Shown here: piece by piece, positions 13,501 through 64,000 of the stretch
Position numbering within the stretch: the first letter of the stretch is position 1
Layout: each line of letters starts with the position of its first letter
NCBI RefSeq assembly: GCF_006345805.1
Contig: NC_043015.1
Coordinates: 31,062,001 to 31,126,000 of the forward strand
From: Octopus sinensis
Taxonomy: Eukaryota
Reading direction: 5' to 3'
Length of the DNA stretch: 64,000 bases
The notes under the pieces: generated by a model
Seen by the model: only the letters and a program-made list of their open reading frames with translations
Told to the model about the DNA's origin: nothing
The model's database searches: none
Made by a program: the position numbers and the translations under genes

Positions 13501-13580
13501 ATAAGTATGAAGGTAAAAAATGAAAATAATTTATTACCAGTGGTTCTCATGCGTAATAAGTTATAACACTTAAAATATTT

Positions 13581-13937
13581 TATATACGAGGGTGTATGAA
13601 GGTTTATACAAGAAGAGAAGATCCTTGACAGGGCTTCTTACATGCTAAAAAGGAATTCTTAAGGCACGTTGCTACTAGGCACTCGTGTGAATAAAAAATT
13701 AGTTAATCCTATACTCAAGTTTCACTATTAATGACCAAATTAATTTATCTGGTCATTAATAACGAAACTTGAGTATAGGATTAACTAATTTTTTATTCAC
13801 TCTAGTGCTTATTAGCAGCATACCTTGAGAATTCCATTTTTTCCTCATGGCTTGGGTTTAACTGCCCTTTTTAGCATATAAGAAGTCCTGTCAAGGGTCT
13901 TCTCTCTGTGTATAAATCTTTAATACACTCTTATATA
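13581..13937. repeat. Imperfect ~350-bp palindrome (MITE-like, TA ends)
   Basis: 37-bp perfect core 13688-13724 / 13764-13800; decayed outer arms. Confidence 0.8.
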
Positions 13938-15262
13938 CATATACACACACACACACATATCTACATATATATATAGAGAGAGAGAGACATGCATACATAT
14001 ATATAGAGGCATGTATATAAAGCTCCAGCTGGGTCATGAGCTATTGATGGTTTCATGCAAGAAGTTTGTTATATATACACATATATATATAGTTTGTTTG
14101 TTTATGACACCGGGCAGCTGGAAACATTAAAGTTTCTCTTCAACACCTTAATGGATAGCAGAAAAGAGAAGATAAAACAAAACTTTTGAGAGTGTATGTA
14201 AGTTGGGGGGGGGGGACTACCTGATGAGTAAATGTGGTGGTAGTGATGATGATGATGATGATGCATTTCAACCCAGGCACAAGGCCCCAACATATTTGTC
14301 CATCACTCAACCATTTCTGCCTCTAGATCACCCGGATAATAAATGTCTTCAATTTTGATAGAAGACTAGCAATTTTAGGGGTGCTGGGATGAGTCAATTA
14401 CATAACCTGATACTTATTATATTGACCCTGGAAGGATGAAAGGCAAAGTTGACCTCACCAGAATTTGAACTCTGAATGCAAAGAGCTGGAAAAAAATGCC
14501 ACAAAGTATTTTGTCTGATGCACTTAACATTCTGCCAGCTTGCTACCCAATCCTAATAATAATAATAATAATAATCCTTTCTACTAAAGGCACAAGGCCT
14601 TTATACCACATTTGCTCCCATTTACCTTCATATAATGTGTGGGTAGCCATGCATCTCTGTTACATCTTGTACTTGTCCCCTTCTATTATACTTTTGCCTC
14701 CCAACATCCCCAATAAAGACACTTCGCTCAAAACTGCTCTTCTCAGTTGAGGAGGTTCTTCAACTGCAAGTTACATGGAAATGTCTATTGTGGTTGTGCC
14801 AAAAAAAAAAAGAGCACCTGGTACACTCTGTAAAGTGTTTGGGATCAGGAAGAGCATCCAGCAGTAGAAACCATGGCAAAACCGGTCCTCTGATCTGTTG
14901 GATCTTGTTGAACTGTCCAACCCATGCCAGCATGGAAAATAGACATGAATTAGTGTGTGTGTGTGTGTGTGTGTGTGCACATATGTGCGTTTATATATAT
15001 ATATATATATGTTGAAGAGTTCCAATAGTATAGAAAATATTCTGATATCCTACAGAAATGATTCAGTTGTAAAAATCCCTTGAAATGTGTTTCATGAAAT
15101 TGAGACACACATCTATATCCCCTCCCCTGCCATGTAGTCAATTAACAACAACAACAAAAACAAAAAAATATTTTCAAATGCCTGGTCCCCAAATCATCTC
15201 TCTACCTCTCTGGTAAAATCTCATCTGCCCTCATATCACCTACCTATTTCTTAATTACTCAC

Positions 15263-15475
15263 AAGGGGCTAAACACAAAGAGGACAAACAAGGACAGACA
15301 AAGGGATTAAGTTGATTACATCAACCCCAGTGTGTAACTGGTACTTATTTAATCGACCCTGAAAGAATGAAAGGCAAAGTCGACCTCGGTGGAATTTGAA
15401 CTCAGAATGTAACGGCAGACGAAATACTGCTAAGCATTTCGCCCGGCATCCTAATGTTTCTGCCAACTCGCCACC
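15263..15475 (-). mobile_element. SINE-A
   Basis: Near full-length match to the other family A copies. Confidence 0.85.
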
Positions 15476-16558
15476 TATTTTTAAATAGGTTGCTCTAAAG
15501 TAGAGAGCAATGCCCATATGTGTTGGAAAGATCGATTGATCTCTTCCATCCTTGTCAAAGGGAGTGCTAACCGCCTCTCCTTTTTTGCAACACAACCATT
15601 CACCTACCATTCCCTCAAAATCTGATTTTCCCCTTAATTCACTTATCTCATGACATTCAATGAAAACCATGATCTCCTCTTAAGTCATTGGTCATTGAAT
15701 AAAAACAAACCTAGTCTGGGTTCAACTTCTACCATTAGTCTATCAAAACACAGTCAATGTCCAACTAAATAACCAACCAGTAGGGTGAGTAGCACCAGGT
15801 ACTCAGAGTAGCTACAATAAACAAGAAGGGTTTCCAACTGAGACGTAACTAATTAGACAGAGGTAGCAGAGATTCAGGCACTGACAAAGTGTTGGAGAAG
15901 TGAAGAATGAGAGGATGTGATGGGGGCAGAATAAGAAACAGTCTTGAAGATGAGATAGCTTAGATTTATTTCAGAGAACCAAAACCATTTTCCCCTCCAA
16001 CCCCCTGGTGACATCCTGCCTGGTGATAGTCTGAAAGTGGATGAGAGAGAGAGAGAGTGGGGAGAGAGGAAGGAAGATTACATAACAAATATGAATGAAG
16101 ATGATTTTGTCTTATAAGTTTGCCAGCTTCTCATACTTTTAGATGAGCAAAAAAAAAAAAAAACATCAAAAAGATGTTCATAAAACAAGACAACAGGATA
16201 GAGTGTTAGTTGTTGTTTAGCTCAAAGTCAACTGTGATCATGCAGACTTATAACTGGAAGTAGTCTAGCCTTGACAATCACCTCACTAAAGGCATTTAGG
16301 ACCATATTAACTAATTTGTTTCCTCGTTTAAGACGGTAGAGTGTGGTTTTAAAGGAAATTTTGGCTGCTATTTCTAGCGAGTTGAGTGATCGTGTAGGAG
16401 CTTTGTGATGATGATAATGGTGATGATGACATAAACAGTGATACTGTGAAATATATATTTTACTATAACAATATGTATGTGTGTATGTATGTATATATAT
16501 ATATATACACACACAAACACACTATTTAAGGTCATGAAACAGCAGTTTGAGTGAAGAA

Positions 16559-16600
<42 letters not shown>

Positions 16601-16719
16601 TTATAAACATACACATATATATCTATAAACACACGTATATATTAAACACACAAATACTATATTCCTTCCTACGCCAACCTACAGATTCATTTATGAAATA
16701 AATCACAACTTCGCCAAGT

Positions 16720-16754
<35 letters not shown>

Positions 16755-16774
16755 TATAGATATATATATGTGGC

Positions 16775-16945
16775 ACATAAAATCACCCACTACACTCTCG
16801 GAGTGGTTGGCGTTAGGAAGGGCATCCAGCTGTAGAAACACTGCCAGATCTGACTGGACTGGTGCAGCTTTCGGGCTCCCCAGACCCCAGTTGAACCGTC
16901 CAACCCATGCTAGCATGGAAAGCAGACGTTAAATGATGATAATGA
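16775..16945 (+). mobile_element. Retroposon 3' tail family C (..ccaacccatgctagcatggaaagcagacgttaaa(tga)n); further copies 11905-12000, 14805-14950, 30915-30965, 40275-40432(-), 49150-49610(-)
   Basis: Recurrent identical tail motif ending in (GAT)n. Confidence 0.75.
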
Positions 16946-19022
16946 TATAATAATAATATATATATCAATGACATATTGTGTAAAGGTGTATGATAAAAGT
17001 GGTGATGGAGGTAGAGTGGTGGTGAAGTGATGTGCTGGGGTGGTAGTAGTGGACTGGTATGGTGATGGTATAAAGTTGATATAAATGGAAGTAGTAGTGG
17101 TGGTAGTGCAAAATGGAAGTTTTGATGATTTTCCTTTTTTTTTAGTAAATATCTCTTAAGCCCCATGAAGTTTTTAAGGATTGGCTATTCTGGTTTTTGT
17201 AGCATTATAAGTATCATTTTTAGATAGAATTTGTTGAGCCATATCAGGTAACATTCCCAGAAGAACTGGTACCTGATTTTCCTGTCAGCCAGGTGAACTG
17301 AGCCAAGTGGAAGTAAGTGTCTTGTTTAAATATACAATGAAACACCTACGCTGGATTTGAACCTAGGAACTTTTGAGCTGTTCGTCCAATGGCATATCCT
17401 TTTTTATCGGAGGAGGTATAATCAAATGAGATGGTGGGGGTATTTTACTGGTATTAATTTATGAACTTTGAGAGGAGGGGACGAAAGGTTATATCTGTTC
17501 TGGTAGGATTTGATTCTAGATTGTATAAAGATATTTTCTACTATATTGTATTTCATCTGATACAAGAGAAAAACTACAGTTTTTGCTACATCTAAATAAG
17601 GGGTTGGGATTTGCAACGCATTCCTTTAGTGATCACCACCAACCAACTGTACCTTTGCCATCAACACCAGTTAACAACCAAACATGACCAGAAAATATAT
17701 TAAAATGGTCAACAATGAAAATTTAGAAAGTCAAAACATGAAAAGATGAAATATTTTTATACAAAAGGGAGCAGCGATATGCTTGTTTGCTTCAAAAGAA
17801 ACAAGAGTTGAGGACAATGGTGGAAAAAAAAAAAACTATCTCTGAACTATGTGGGAAAAAAAAAACAAAAAACATTCAACAGACCTTATAAGTCAAACCT
17901 GACAGTGAACCTTGATATAAAGATAAAGTCAAACATTAAATTAACGACAGGTAATTATAAAAAGCAATTGAAAGATTGATTCCCAAGTGACTCATCTGAG
18001 GAAACTTGATAAATTTCATAATTGCAACATATAAAAGATATATTCCTTAACTTTGTGAAATTTTACAATCCATAGGGGGCAAAAAAAAATCTTGCTGCTC
18101 AACTGTCCTTTTGGGGGAGAGAAAAAAATCATGCAAGGAAAGGCCTTCACAATACTGTGTTTGCCCTTTCCTGTTTGGAGCATAATTGATGGTCTTTAAA
18201 GAGGACAGCGACATACAACCAAAAGCTGTTGGTAACACAATAAAGCTGATTGCCTCAAAAATATATATATGTATATATATAAATATATATGTACAATTAC
18301 CAAAGATAAGCTGTTCAATATTTATACATTCATCAAATCAGTTTCTTGCCATCCCGACCCCCATACAAAAAAAGAAAAAAGGTGATGAAGCAGCCATATA
18401 CACATCACATTTTTTCTTTTATTGACAACAACAATCCAGATGTGAGTTTTTTTGTTTTGTTTTGTAACACCTTTGTGTGAACTGAAATACACTTTTTCAG
18501 TGACTATTTATTATACATGTACTCAGACAATTACCAAGATAGACAAGGACAACTTTCTTGTATAAGAAACAAACAAACGAGACAAAGTTTCAAGAAGAAA
18601 ATCCATCAAGTCATTTACACTTCTGCTTAGTTATTCAGCTAATTGATAATTAATTAAATAGACCTGTCAGTAACACCATTCTAATTGTGCTGTAATGGAA
18701 TAACTGATGACATTCATATACTGTAATGGATCTAAGGGAAATATCTTTGTATTATGATGGGCCTAGCACAGAAACATTAACTTCCTTTTTATCATATATA
18801 CTGCCTTTGTTTTAATTAATTTTGGAAATAACGAAGAACTTAATAAAATGGCTTTACAATGGAAATACAAACTGATATGAAATTTTAATGGAAAGTTTTA
18901 ATTTAGATAATTTTAAACTAGAAGTTTGTACCAAAGGACAAGGAGCAGTATCAGTGGGGTTGGTATCAAAAGTTGTTATAGATTATGTGATAGATTACAA
19001 GGATTATACTGCTTTCATAAAG

Positions 19023-19409
19023 CTATTCCAATGTGTTGATTATCTGGGAAAGGATAATTATTATTAATGTGTTATCCCAACTAATCCTTGATTGAACACA
19101 CTGAAAGCAACGGTCAAATGGTTGGCTGCAATTGACCAATGGCTGCAGCTGAGTGGAGAGTTTTGAAGCCAAATTGGTTGGTTCTAATAAAAGACAGAGA
19201 AGACCTTGGTAAAAGGCATTCTCCATTAACTTCCTATATTTTGGAAAGTTGCAGATTGCCATAAATGTTCCATACTCTGCCATAAATATTCTCCTGCTAT
19301 CAAATTTTTTGACTGCCAGAATGATGGAGACTAATTGATATTTCTTAATCTGACCTTCACTTGTGTTGGAGAGGGATGTGTAAAGTTCTGGGCACAAAGC
19401 TGGAGGCAA
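19023..19409 (-). mobile_element. Possible degenerate LINE RT fragment
   Basis: GQIKKYQLVSII resembles ..NYRPISL; FQCVQSRISWDN resembles QSAF..GR.I.DN; weak. Confidence 0.3.
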
Positions 19410-20167
19410 TACTCTAGCCAGGTTGGATGGGGTAGATGTCTTTGTGAAAGTGAAGACCTTTCCTGCAGATGAGTCAGGACCTAAAGCAGAAGAGAACTTT
19501 AAACAAATCAGCAGTTTTTATTCACACATTTTTACAAAGTTGCTAATACACAAATATAGTTTCATTTTCATTTCATTTCATCTAGTTTCAGCTCACGAGC
19601 TGTGGCCATGCTGGGGCACCACCATTCGGTGTTGCTACATGATTTTACTTCACAAATGCTTTTTAGCAATTGACATTTGGTGCACGAGAGAGTTTGATGC
19701 AGCTGCCCTCATCTGCACCTCCTGCTGTGAAGTTGGTTCATCTGGGACACCTGACAGGAAGAGGTCCTAAATATCCAGTTGTATTTGCGCAACTTTGTAG
19801 AAAGATTATATTTTCATATTTATCATGAAGTGAGATATTTCTTCTCCTTATCTTTAATTAATTCCTCACTTTATGAAGCTAAAAATAACACAATTCTTTG
19901 GGTCTTACTGTTCCGACAATAACTGAATTACACAGACAATTCTCATTGGTTTGCATATCTACCAACACAAAATTTTGTCAATACTACTAAAATTGAAAAA
20001 AATTTATAATAATTATTATTAATTGTTTACATTAGTTTCAAAGGTAGAGGGGTGTGTGTGTGTGTGTGTGTGTGTGTAAAGATTTCCTTTTCAATTTATT
20101 TATTTATTTTTCTATGAAAGAGATAAGCAGAAGCAGAGACTATAATGCATCATCTGTATAATAATTC

Positions 20168-20380
20168 TTTCTAATTTTGGCACAAGGCCAGCAAATTTTA
20201 AGAGAGGTGTTAGTTGATTACATTGATCCTAGTGCTCAACAGGTACTTATTTTATTGCCCTCGAAAAGATGAAAAGCAAAGTTGACCTTGGTGACATTTG
20301 AACTCGGAACGTGGAGAACCAGAAGAAATGCAACTCAGCATTTTGTCCAATATGGTAATGATTCTGCCAGTTCACTGCCT
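20168..20380 (-). mobile_element. SINE-A (diverged)
   Basis: Similarity to family A. Confidence 0.75.
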
Positions 20381-21110
20381 TTATAATAATAATAATAATA
20401 ATAATAATAATGTGGTGACAACAAGAGTAGCAAGACAAAAACAGGTGAAATAACAAAATTAAGAAACGCATTTAGTGAAACAACAGTTTATGTACCCTGA
20501 GATATTTTGTGGTTAGGTGTGGGGGTGGGTGGGCGGGATGAAAAGGAAAAGAAAGGTGATGGTAGTACATTTTGGACATTTGTAAGTAATCTGACAAAAA
20601 AAAACAAAAAAAAAAATACACATACTGACACAACATAGAATAGAAACCAATAAACCAACTTATTTGAGGCAGCTAACTGAGACAAAATTAGGAGCCTACT
20701 GACCCTCCCCTTCAAGATCAAGTTATGTATGTTGTTGACAATATCGTATCCCTAATGAAGGCACACTCAACATTCAATAGCCTACTTCACCAATTCCTTA
20801 AATAAGTACCATGTAGAGGTGCTATCCATTGCTGTAAGCAGTGTGGGCATTGTGTTTTGATGAACGTTTCGTTAGCTTACAACAACAAAGGAAAAAATAT
20901 CCTCCCATAGGCATAACATGCAGTGGACTGGTGTTCTATCCAGGAGTGACGTATCTCTCAATTGCTTAGAGTTAGGGATACATATCAATAAATGGCAACA
21001 TTCTCCTCTGCAGGAGACAGGTGAGTCAATTAATATTTACCTATCCCACATGAGTATTTATTAGCTTTAATCACAGATATCTATCATTAGATTATATATT
21101 TCTGGTGATC

Positions 21111-21375
21111 CATAGACTGAGACACATAGCTCTACCACAGACTGCATGTATGTATAGGCCCACACACAGACTGAGTGAAGTATTTCTAATGGAGACTGCA
21201 TATATCTACAGCTACGCATAGACCAAACCACACATCTCTACTCAGACTGCATATATCGATAGTTATACATAAACTGAGTCTCACATTTCTACAAAGACGG
21301 CATAAGTCTATAACTAAATATAAACCAAGCCACTCATCTCTACTGGAGACTGCCCATATCTATAGCTACACATAG
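21111..21375. repeat. Degenerate ~52-bp tandem repeat x5
   Basis: Recurring cata(g/a)ac...tcta...agactgcat..t..atag.ta units. Confidence 0.75.
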
Positions 21376-22869
21376 CTTAAGACTTATACAATAGTATAGG
21401 AATGGTGATGTGATGTCGTGTTGATGTATACAACACACAACAAAAGGATTGAACATCAAAATTAGATTAATTAATCCATTGCTAATTACACTAGCTATCA
21501 AAATCAATGATCCTGTGAGGCCATTTGGTTCCTTGCTGTAGGCAATTGACCATGGTTTAGTCTACTAGTACATAGAGGCTGCTCTACCAATTTGACCTAT
21601 TTTGCTCTCTGAAGATGCTGGAAAGAAGAGCACATCAGAAGATACTTTGGTTAGATTCCTTTGTAAAATCTACAAAGATAGAAAATTTGGGACAACACGT
21701 ATGTATATGATCGCGTATCCAGGAGGCAGTGTGCCACAATTAATGTATGTCATCTGATGTGGAAATGAAGTAGGGTGATATATATAATAATGTATTTAGG
21801 AGTGAGGCAAGGTACCATATATAACAGGTGTAGTTTGCACACAGAGAAGCGGACGTTAAACAATGATGATGATGATCCTAAAGCCCATCTTAACTTAACC
21901 CATGACTTAGAGATAGAAACAGAGTTAAAATACTTCTGCAAGCCTCAGTTCAATGCTAAGATACTCCCTGCAACACTCAGTGGAAGGTTAAAAAATGCTC
22001 CTACAAACCTCAGCTTGGGAATGAAGTGCTCATTGAAACACCGAGTGTAGTCTATGTTTTGATAAGAATTACTATACAGACAACAGTGAAAACACAATCA
22101 GTGCTAGAATTGTCCTGGATTACTGCAGTTCTTCCTGTTTTCACTGAACTTAAAAATTCCTGACACATTCATAAATAATGGACAGACTGACACAGACAAA
22201 TCATAGCAAATATAGAAAGGGGAGGGAAGGGTGAAAGATGAACAAAATGTCATTAAAGAATGACAGTGAAAAAAATACAAAAAATACCCCCAAAAAAAAT
22301 TAAGAGAAGACAAATAGATCCCCAGAAATCCTGGCTAAATCTTTCTATAATACAACAAATATAATCAATTATTTACCCAGAAAAATATTTTGGTATAACC
22401 ATAGCAATATATATATATGTCTATATTTACATTTACACATTCACACACAATATATGTATATATATAACATGCACACACTATTATATTCACTTGTACTTCA
22501 TAATTATTTTGTACTAATATGTGTTATTATTATGAATCAAAGATCTTTTGTTATACATCCAGAACCTGGTCATGGTCATTTCACTTCACTGTACCTCACT
22601 GTACCATACATTGAATACAGTAAATCATGTTGTAAACATAGAAACAATAATATCTCGCCCTACCTCACACGCCTACACACAGACGCACACACTAACACAC
22701 ACCTATATTTTTTTGTTTTTTCATCTCGCCTCACACACACACATACACACACGCACATGCACACACTCACACATACAACACATCTGTTGGGTTACCAACC
22801 TTGTCTCCACTCTTTTGCCTTTAAAAACCCACTTTGCTCTTGTTATCATCAACATCCGCCTTCACCATG

Positions 22870-23055
22870 TGCAACTCGTAAACACCAGTCGTCTTTTTTC
22901 TCTTCCTGTTGTTGCCCGCTCTGGGATCTTTCTTTCCTCTCTCTTCCTTCTTTATGTTTCCGACGAAGAGCTCCGCTCGAACGTCATACCTCCCTCTTCC
23001 ATCTCCTGAGCGCCTATTAATAAATACTGTAATTGTTCCTGTTGTTGTTTTTGTT
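22870..23055 (+). mobile_element. Penelope-like short repeat family 2 (inverted copies at 25470-25670 and 62280-62390)
   Basis: Shared tttccgacgaagagctccgctcgaa(a)cgt core and flanks. Confidence 0.55.
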
Positions 23056-23076
23056 TTTTTGTTTCCCTTTTGGATT

Positions 23077-23108
<32 letters not shown>

Positions 23109-23190
23109 TATGTATGAATGTATTTCATCATATGTTTACAACTTGGTCGTTGAAACTTTTCCATGTTAAATGTATGCTACAGTGGAATAC

Positions 23191-23522
23191 AAGGAGCACT
23201 CCGTCGGTTAGGACAACGAGGGTCCCTGTTGATATGATCAACGGAACAGCCTGCTCATGAAATTAACATGCAAGTGGCTGAGCACTCCACAGACACGCAT
23301 ACCCCTAACGTAGTTCTCAGGGAGATTCAGTGTGACACAGAGTGTGACAAGGCCGGCCCTTTGAAATACAGGTGCAAATCATTTTTGCCAGCTGAGTGGA
23401 CTGGAGCAACGTGAAATAAAGTGTCTTGCTCAAGGACACAACGCGCCGCCCGGAATTGAACTCACGACCTTACAATCGCGAGCCGAATGCCTTAACCACT
23501 AAGCCACGTGCCTTCGCGAATA
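23191..23522 (-). mobile_element. Full-length tRNA-derived SINE family D with 15-bp target-site duplication (TSD)
   Basis: GCTACAGTGGAATAC at 23176-23190 and 23523-23537; head gtggcttagtggttaagg..gagttcaattcc; diverged copy at 43495-43800. Confidence 0.9.
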
Positions 23523-23952
23523 GCTACAGTGGAATACGTTGAAGTAAAATGTCAATGACCAAGTTTTGCATGTATAAAGGAAACCTATGATTATTTTCTA
23601 ATAATATAAATAATAATAATAATAATAATGCAGAGGTGACTGATTCTCTGTTGGAAACAATCACTTTTGTGCTAGTATTATTATTATTATTGTTATTATT
23701 AATAGTAAAAGAAAAAAAAAATGATAGAGTAAAAAAAAAAAGTAACAGTGTTTCAGATTGTTCTGGCTGTTGTTGTTGTTAAAATGACTCTTGCGTGATG
23801 TAATACTTTTTTTTAGTCACAACAAAGAATCACAGATCAAACCACTTACCAAATAAGTGCAACTCATAAATATATAAATACATACACATTTATATACATA
23901 CTTACACATATATACACACACAACGTGTGATGTGTATGTACGTGTGCATATA

Positions 23953-23993
<41 letters not shown>

Positions 23994-24527
23994 TATAGAT
24001 ATATGCAGACACACATACGTGTGGGCTTGTGACAAACGAATGTGGTCAATGTTATTGTGGCTGGTCAACAGAGCAGAAGGACACGTCCGAAGGAGGCTGT
24101 AGTTGAGAATAAAGTTGAATGAAACACGGAGAAGAGTTCGATGAAGAAATGGCTGTCGGTTTGATGTGGTATGTGGCATGACATGACGAGGTGTGTGTGT
24201 GTGTGACGTGGCGTTTCATGGTTTGGCATAACATGGTGCTAGCTGAAGAACTCCAGCAAAAAATCTTTTTTTTTTTGTTCATTTCCATATTTGATCAATT
24301 CTCAGCATTAGCAGGGGGGGGGGGTGCAGGGAGAAGAAAAAATAACCCCTACCCCAAAAAACCCAGCCAAAAAAATGCTAAGTATCAGAGAGAGAGATAA
24401 ATACATATACACACACACATATATATATATAGAGAGAGGGGGACAGGAGAGACAGACAGACAGACAGAGACAAAGAGGGATGTCAGTTCATAGATGCATA
24501 TATACATACTTATATATACATACATAT

Positions 24528-24926
24528 TCTTTTACTTGTTTCAGTCATTTTGACTGCGGCCATGCTGGACCACCGCCTTTAGTCGAGCAAATCGACCCCG
24601 GGACTTATTCTTTGTAAGCCCAGTACTTATTCTATCGGTCTCTTTTGCCGAACCGCTAAGTAACGGGGACATAAACACACCAGCATCGGTTGTCAAGCAA
24701 TGCTAGGGGGACAAACACAGACACACAAACACACACACATATATATATATATATATACATATATACGACAGGCTTCTTTCAGTTTCCGTCTACCAAATCC
24801 ACTCACAAGGCATTGGTCGGCCCAGAGCTATAGCAGAAGACACTTGCCCAAGATGCCACGCAGTGGGACTGAACCCGGAACCATGTGGTTGGTTAGCAAG
24901 CTATTTACCACACAGCCACTCCTGCG

Positions 24927-24929
<3 letters not shown>
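24528..24929 (-). mobile_element. Full-length tRNA-derived SINE family B, ~230 nt downstream of the DGK stop
   Basis: Head aggcgcaggagtggctgtgtgg, B-box ggttcagtccc, internal (TA/CA) tract, tail gactgaaacaagtaaaag. Confidence 0.9.
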
Positions 24930-24965
<36 letters not shown>

Positions 24966-25159
24966 CATGAAAGCCTCAAAAAGTACGGAATATTGGCCCA
25001 ATATATTCCAAGCATTGCAGGAGGCTAAAATTGAAAGAAGACAGCCAAACAGAACAATGGGACAAAACAGTGAATTTGTGTGAGCGTAAGTGTGTGTGTG
25101 TGCAAGATATATGTGTGTGTGAATGTTGACGAGAGAGAGAGAGTTGAGAGTCTGAAATG

Positions 25160-63035
<37,876 letters not shown>

Positions 63036-63619
63036 CTGAAGAAAAGGGACAAAAGAAAAAAGGTAATCAGTCAATCGATCAATCAATAAGACAGAAAGGA
63101 AGAAGGAATGAAAAAAGGAAGGAAAGAAAGAACAAAAGAATTAAAAAGGGAAGGGAAGAAAGAACAAAAAGAATTAAAAAGAAATGAAGGGATGAAAAAA
63201 AGGTAAAAAAGAAAGCAAGCAATGATAGATAGAAAAAGAAAGATATGGAAACAAAGAGAGGGGCAAAGATAAGAAGAGAGGAAAAAGAATAATAGTGTTG
63301 TATGATATAGGATAAACTCTGCAGATATTCCACTTGATGGACATTATGACTTGATTCTAAGCCCTTTGCTTTGGTTCTATCCTTAATTTTTATTCTTTGA
63401 AATTACAAAGTGATAACATTTTGAGATATTCTTTGTAAACTGAAATTGGGGAGAGAGAGAGAGAGAAAAAAAATTGGAAGTAAAATCCAAATTCAAAATA
63501 CATGTATGTAAATTCTTGTCTCTTCTTTGAATTTGGTTTACAAAGAATTCCTCAGTGTTATCAATTTGAAATTTCAATGTGATAAAATTTCAAAATACTA
63601 TTAGGGTGTCTATATATAG

Positions 63620-64000
63620 CATATACAAACACGCATACACACACACACACGTGTGCGTGTGTATGTGTATATATAAATACATATATATATGTGTGTATAT
63701 ATACATACATATATATGTGTATATATACATACATACATGTGTATATATACATACATACATACATGTGTATATACATACATACATACATACATATATATAT
63801 GTGTATATATACATATATATGTGTGTATATATACATACATATATATATGTGTATACATACATATATGTGTATACATACATATATGTGTATACATACATAT
63901 ATGTGTATACATACATATATGTGTATACATACATATATATGTGCATATATACATACATACATATATATGTGTATATATACATACATATATATGTGTATAT
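63620..64000. repeat. (TA)/(CA)/(TACA) compound microsatellite
   Basis: Direct inspection. Confidence 0.95.

Noticed and set aside
21111-21375. CRISPR array
   Set aside because: Eukaryotic context; degenerate tandem units without identical repeats and unique spacers; no cas genes.
21500-21715. Possible + strand exon RLLYQFDLFCSLKMLERRAHQKILWLDSF with a gtatgt donor
   Set aside because: No partner exons found; it more resembles a decayed LINE C-terminus (LRWFGH-like upstream with a stop).

Overview
AT-rich eukaryotic genomic DNA packed with (TA)n/(CA)n microsatellites, tRNA-derived SINEs, MITEs and LINE debris. The repeat landscape suggests an octopus (coleoid cephalopod) genome; this is an inference. 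The only protein-coding gene I can support is the 3' part of a type II diacylglycerol kinase (DGK eta/delta-like). It lies on the minus strand as 20 manually traced GT-AG exons from 63035 to the stop codon at 25160-25162: 2367 nt, 788 aa, phases all consistent. These exons cover the inter-catalytic linker, the DAGK accessory domain and the C-terminal SAM domain; the 5' exons lie beyond position 64000. No coding gene was recognised in 1-25 kb, and most six-frame ORFs are microsatellite artefacts. The most interesting non-coding signals are: (1) a ~240 bp GC-rich structured insert at ~44161-44402 carrying all hammerhead core boxes with perfect helices I and III in a non-canonical, pseudoknotted strand order; (2) several Penelope-type hammerhead motifs, one intact at 9133-9240 and one decayed in the sense strand of a DGK intron; (3) a partial exon duplication at 57070-57240 fused to a TTAGGG-like tract, giving a frame-preserving candidate cassette exon; (4) inverted SINEs bracketing two phase-2/2 exons (candidate 270-nt stop-free circRNA); (5) a candidate A-to-I Ser>Gly recoding site; (6) many long fold-back palindromes. 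All RNA-level claims are untested inferences.
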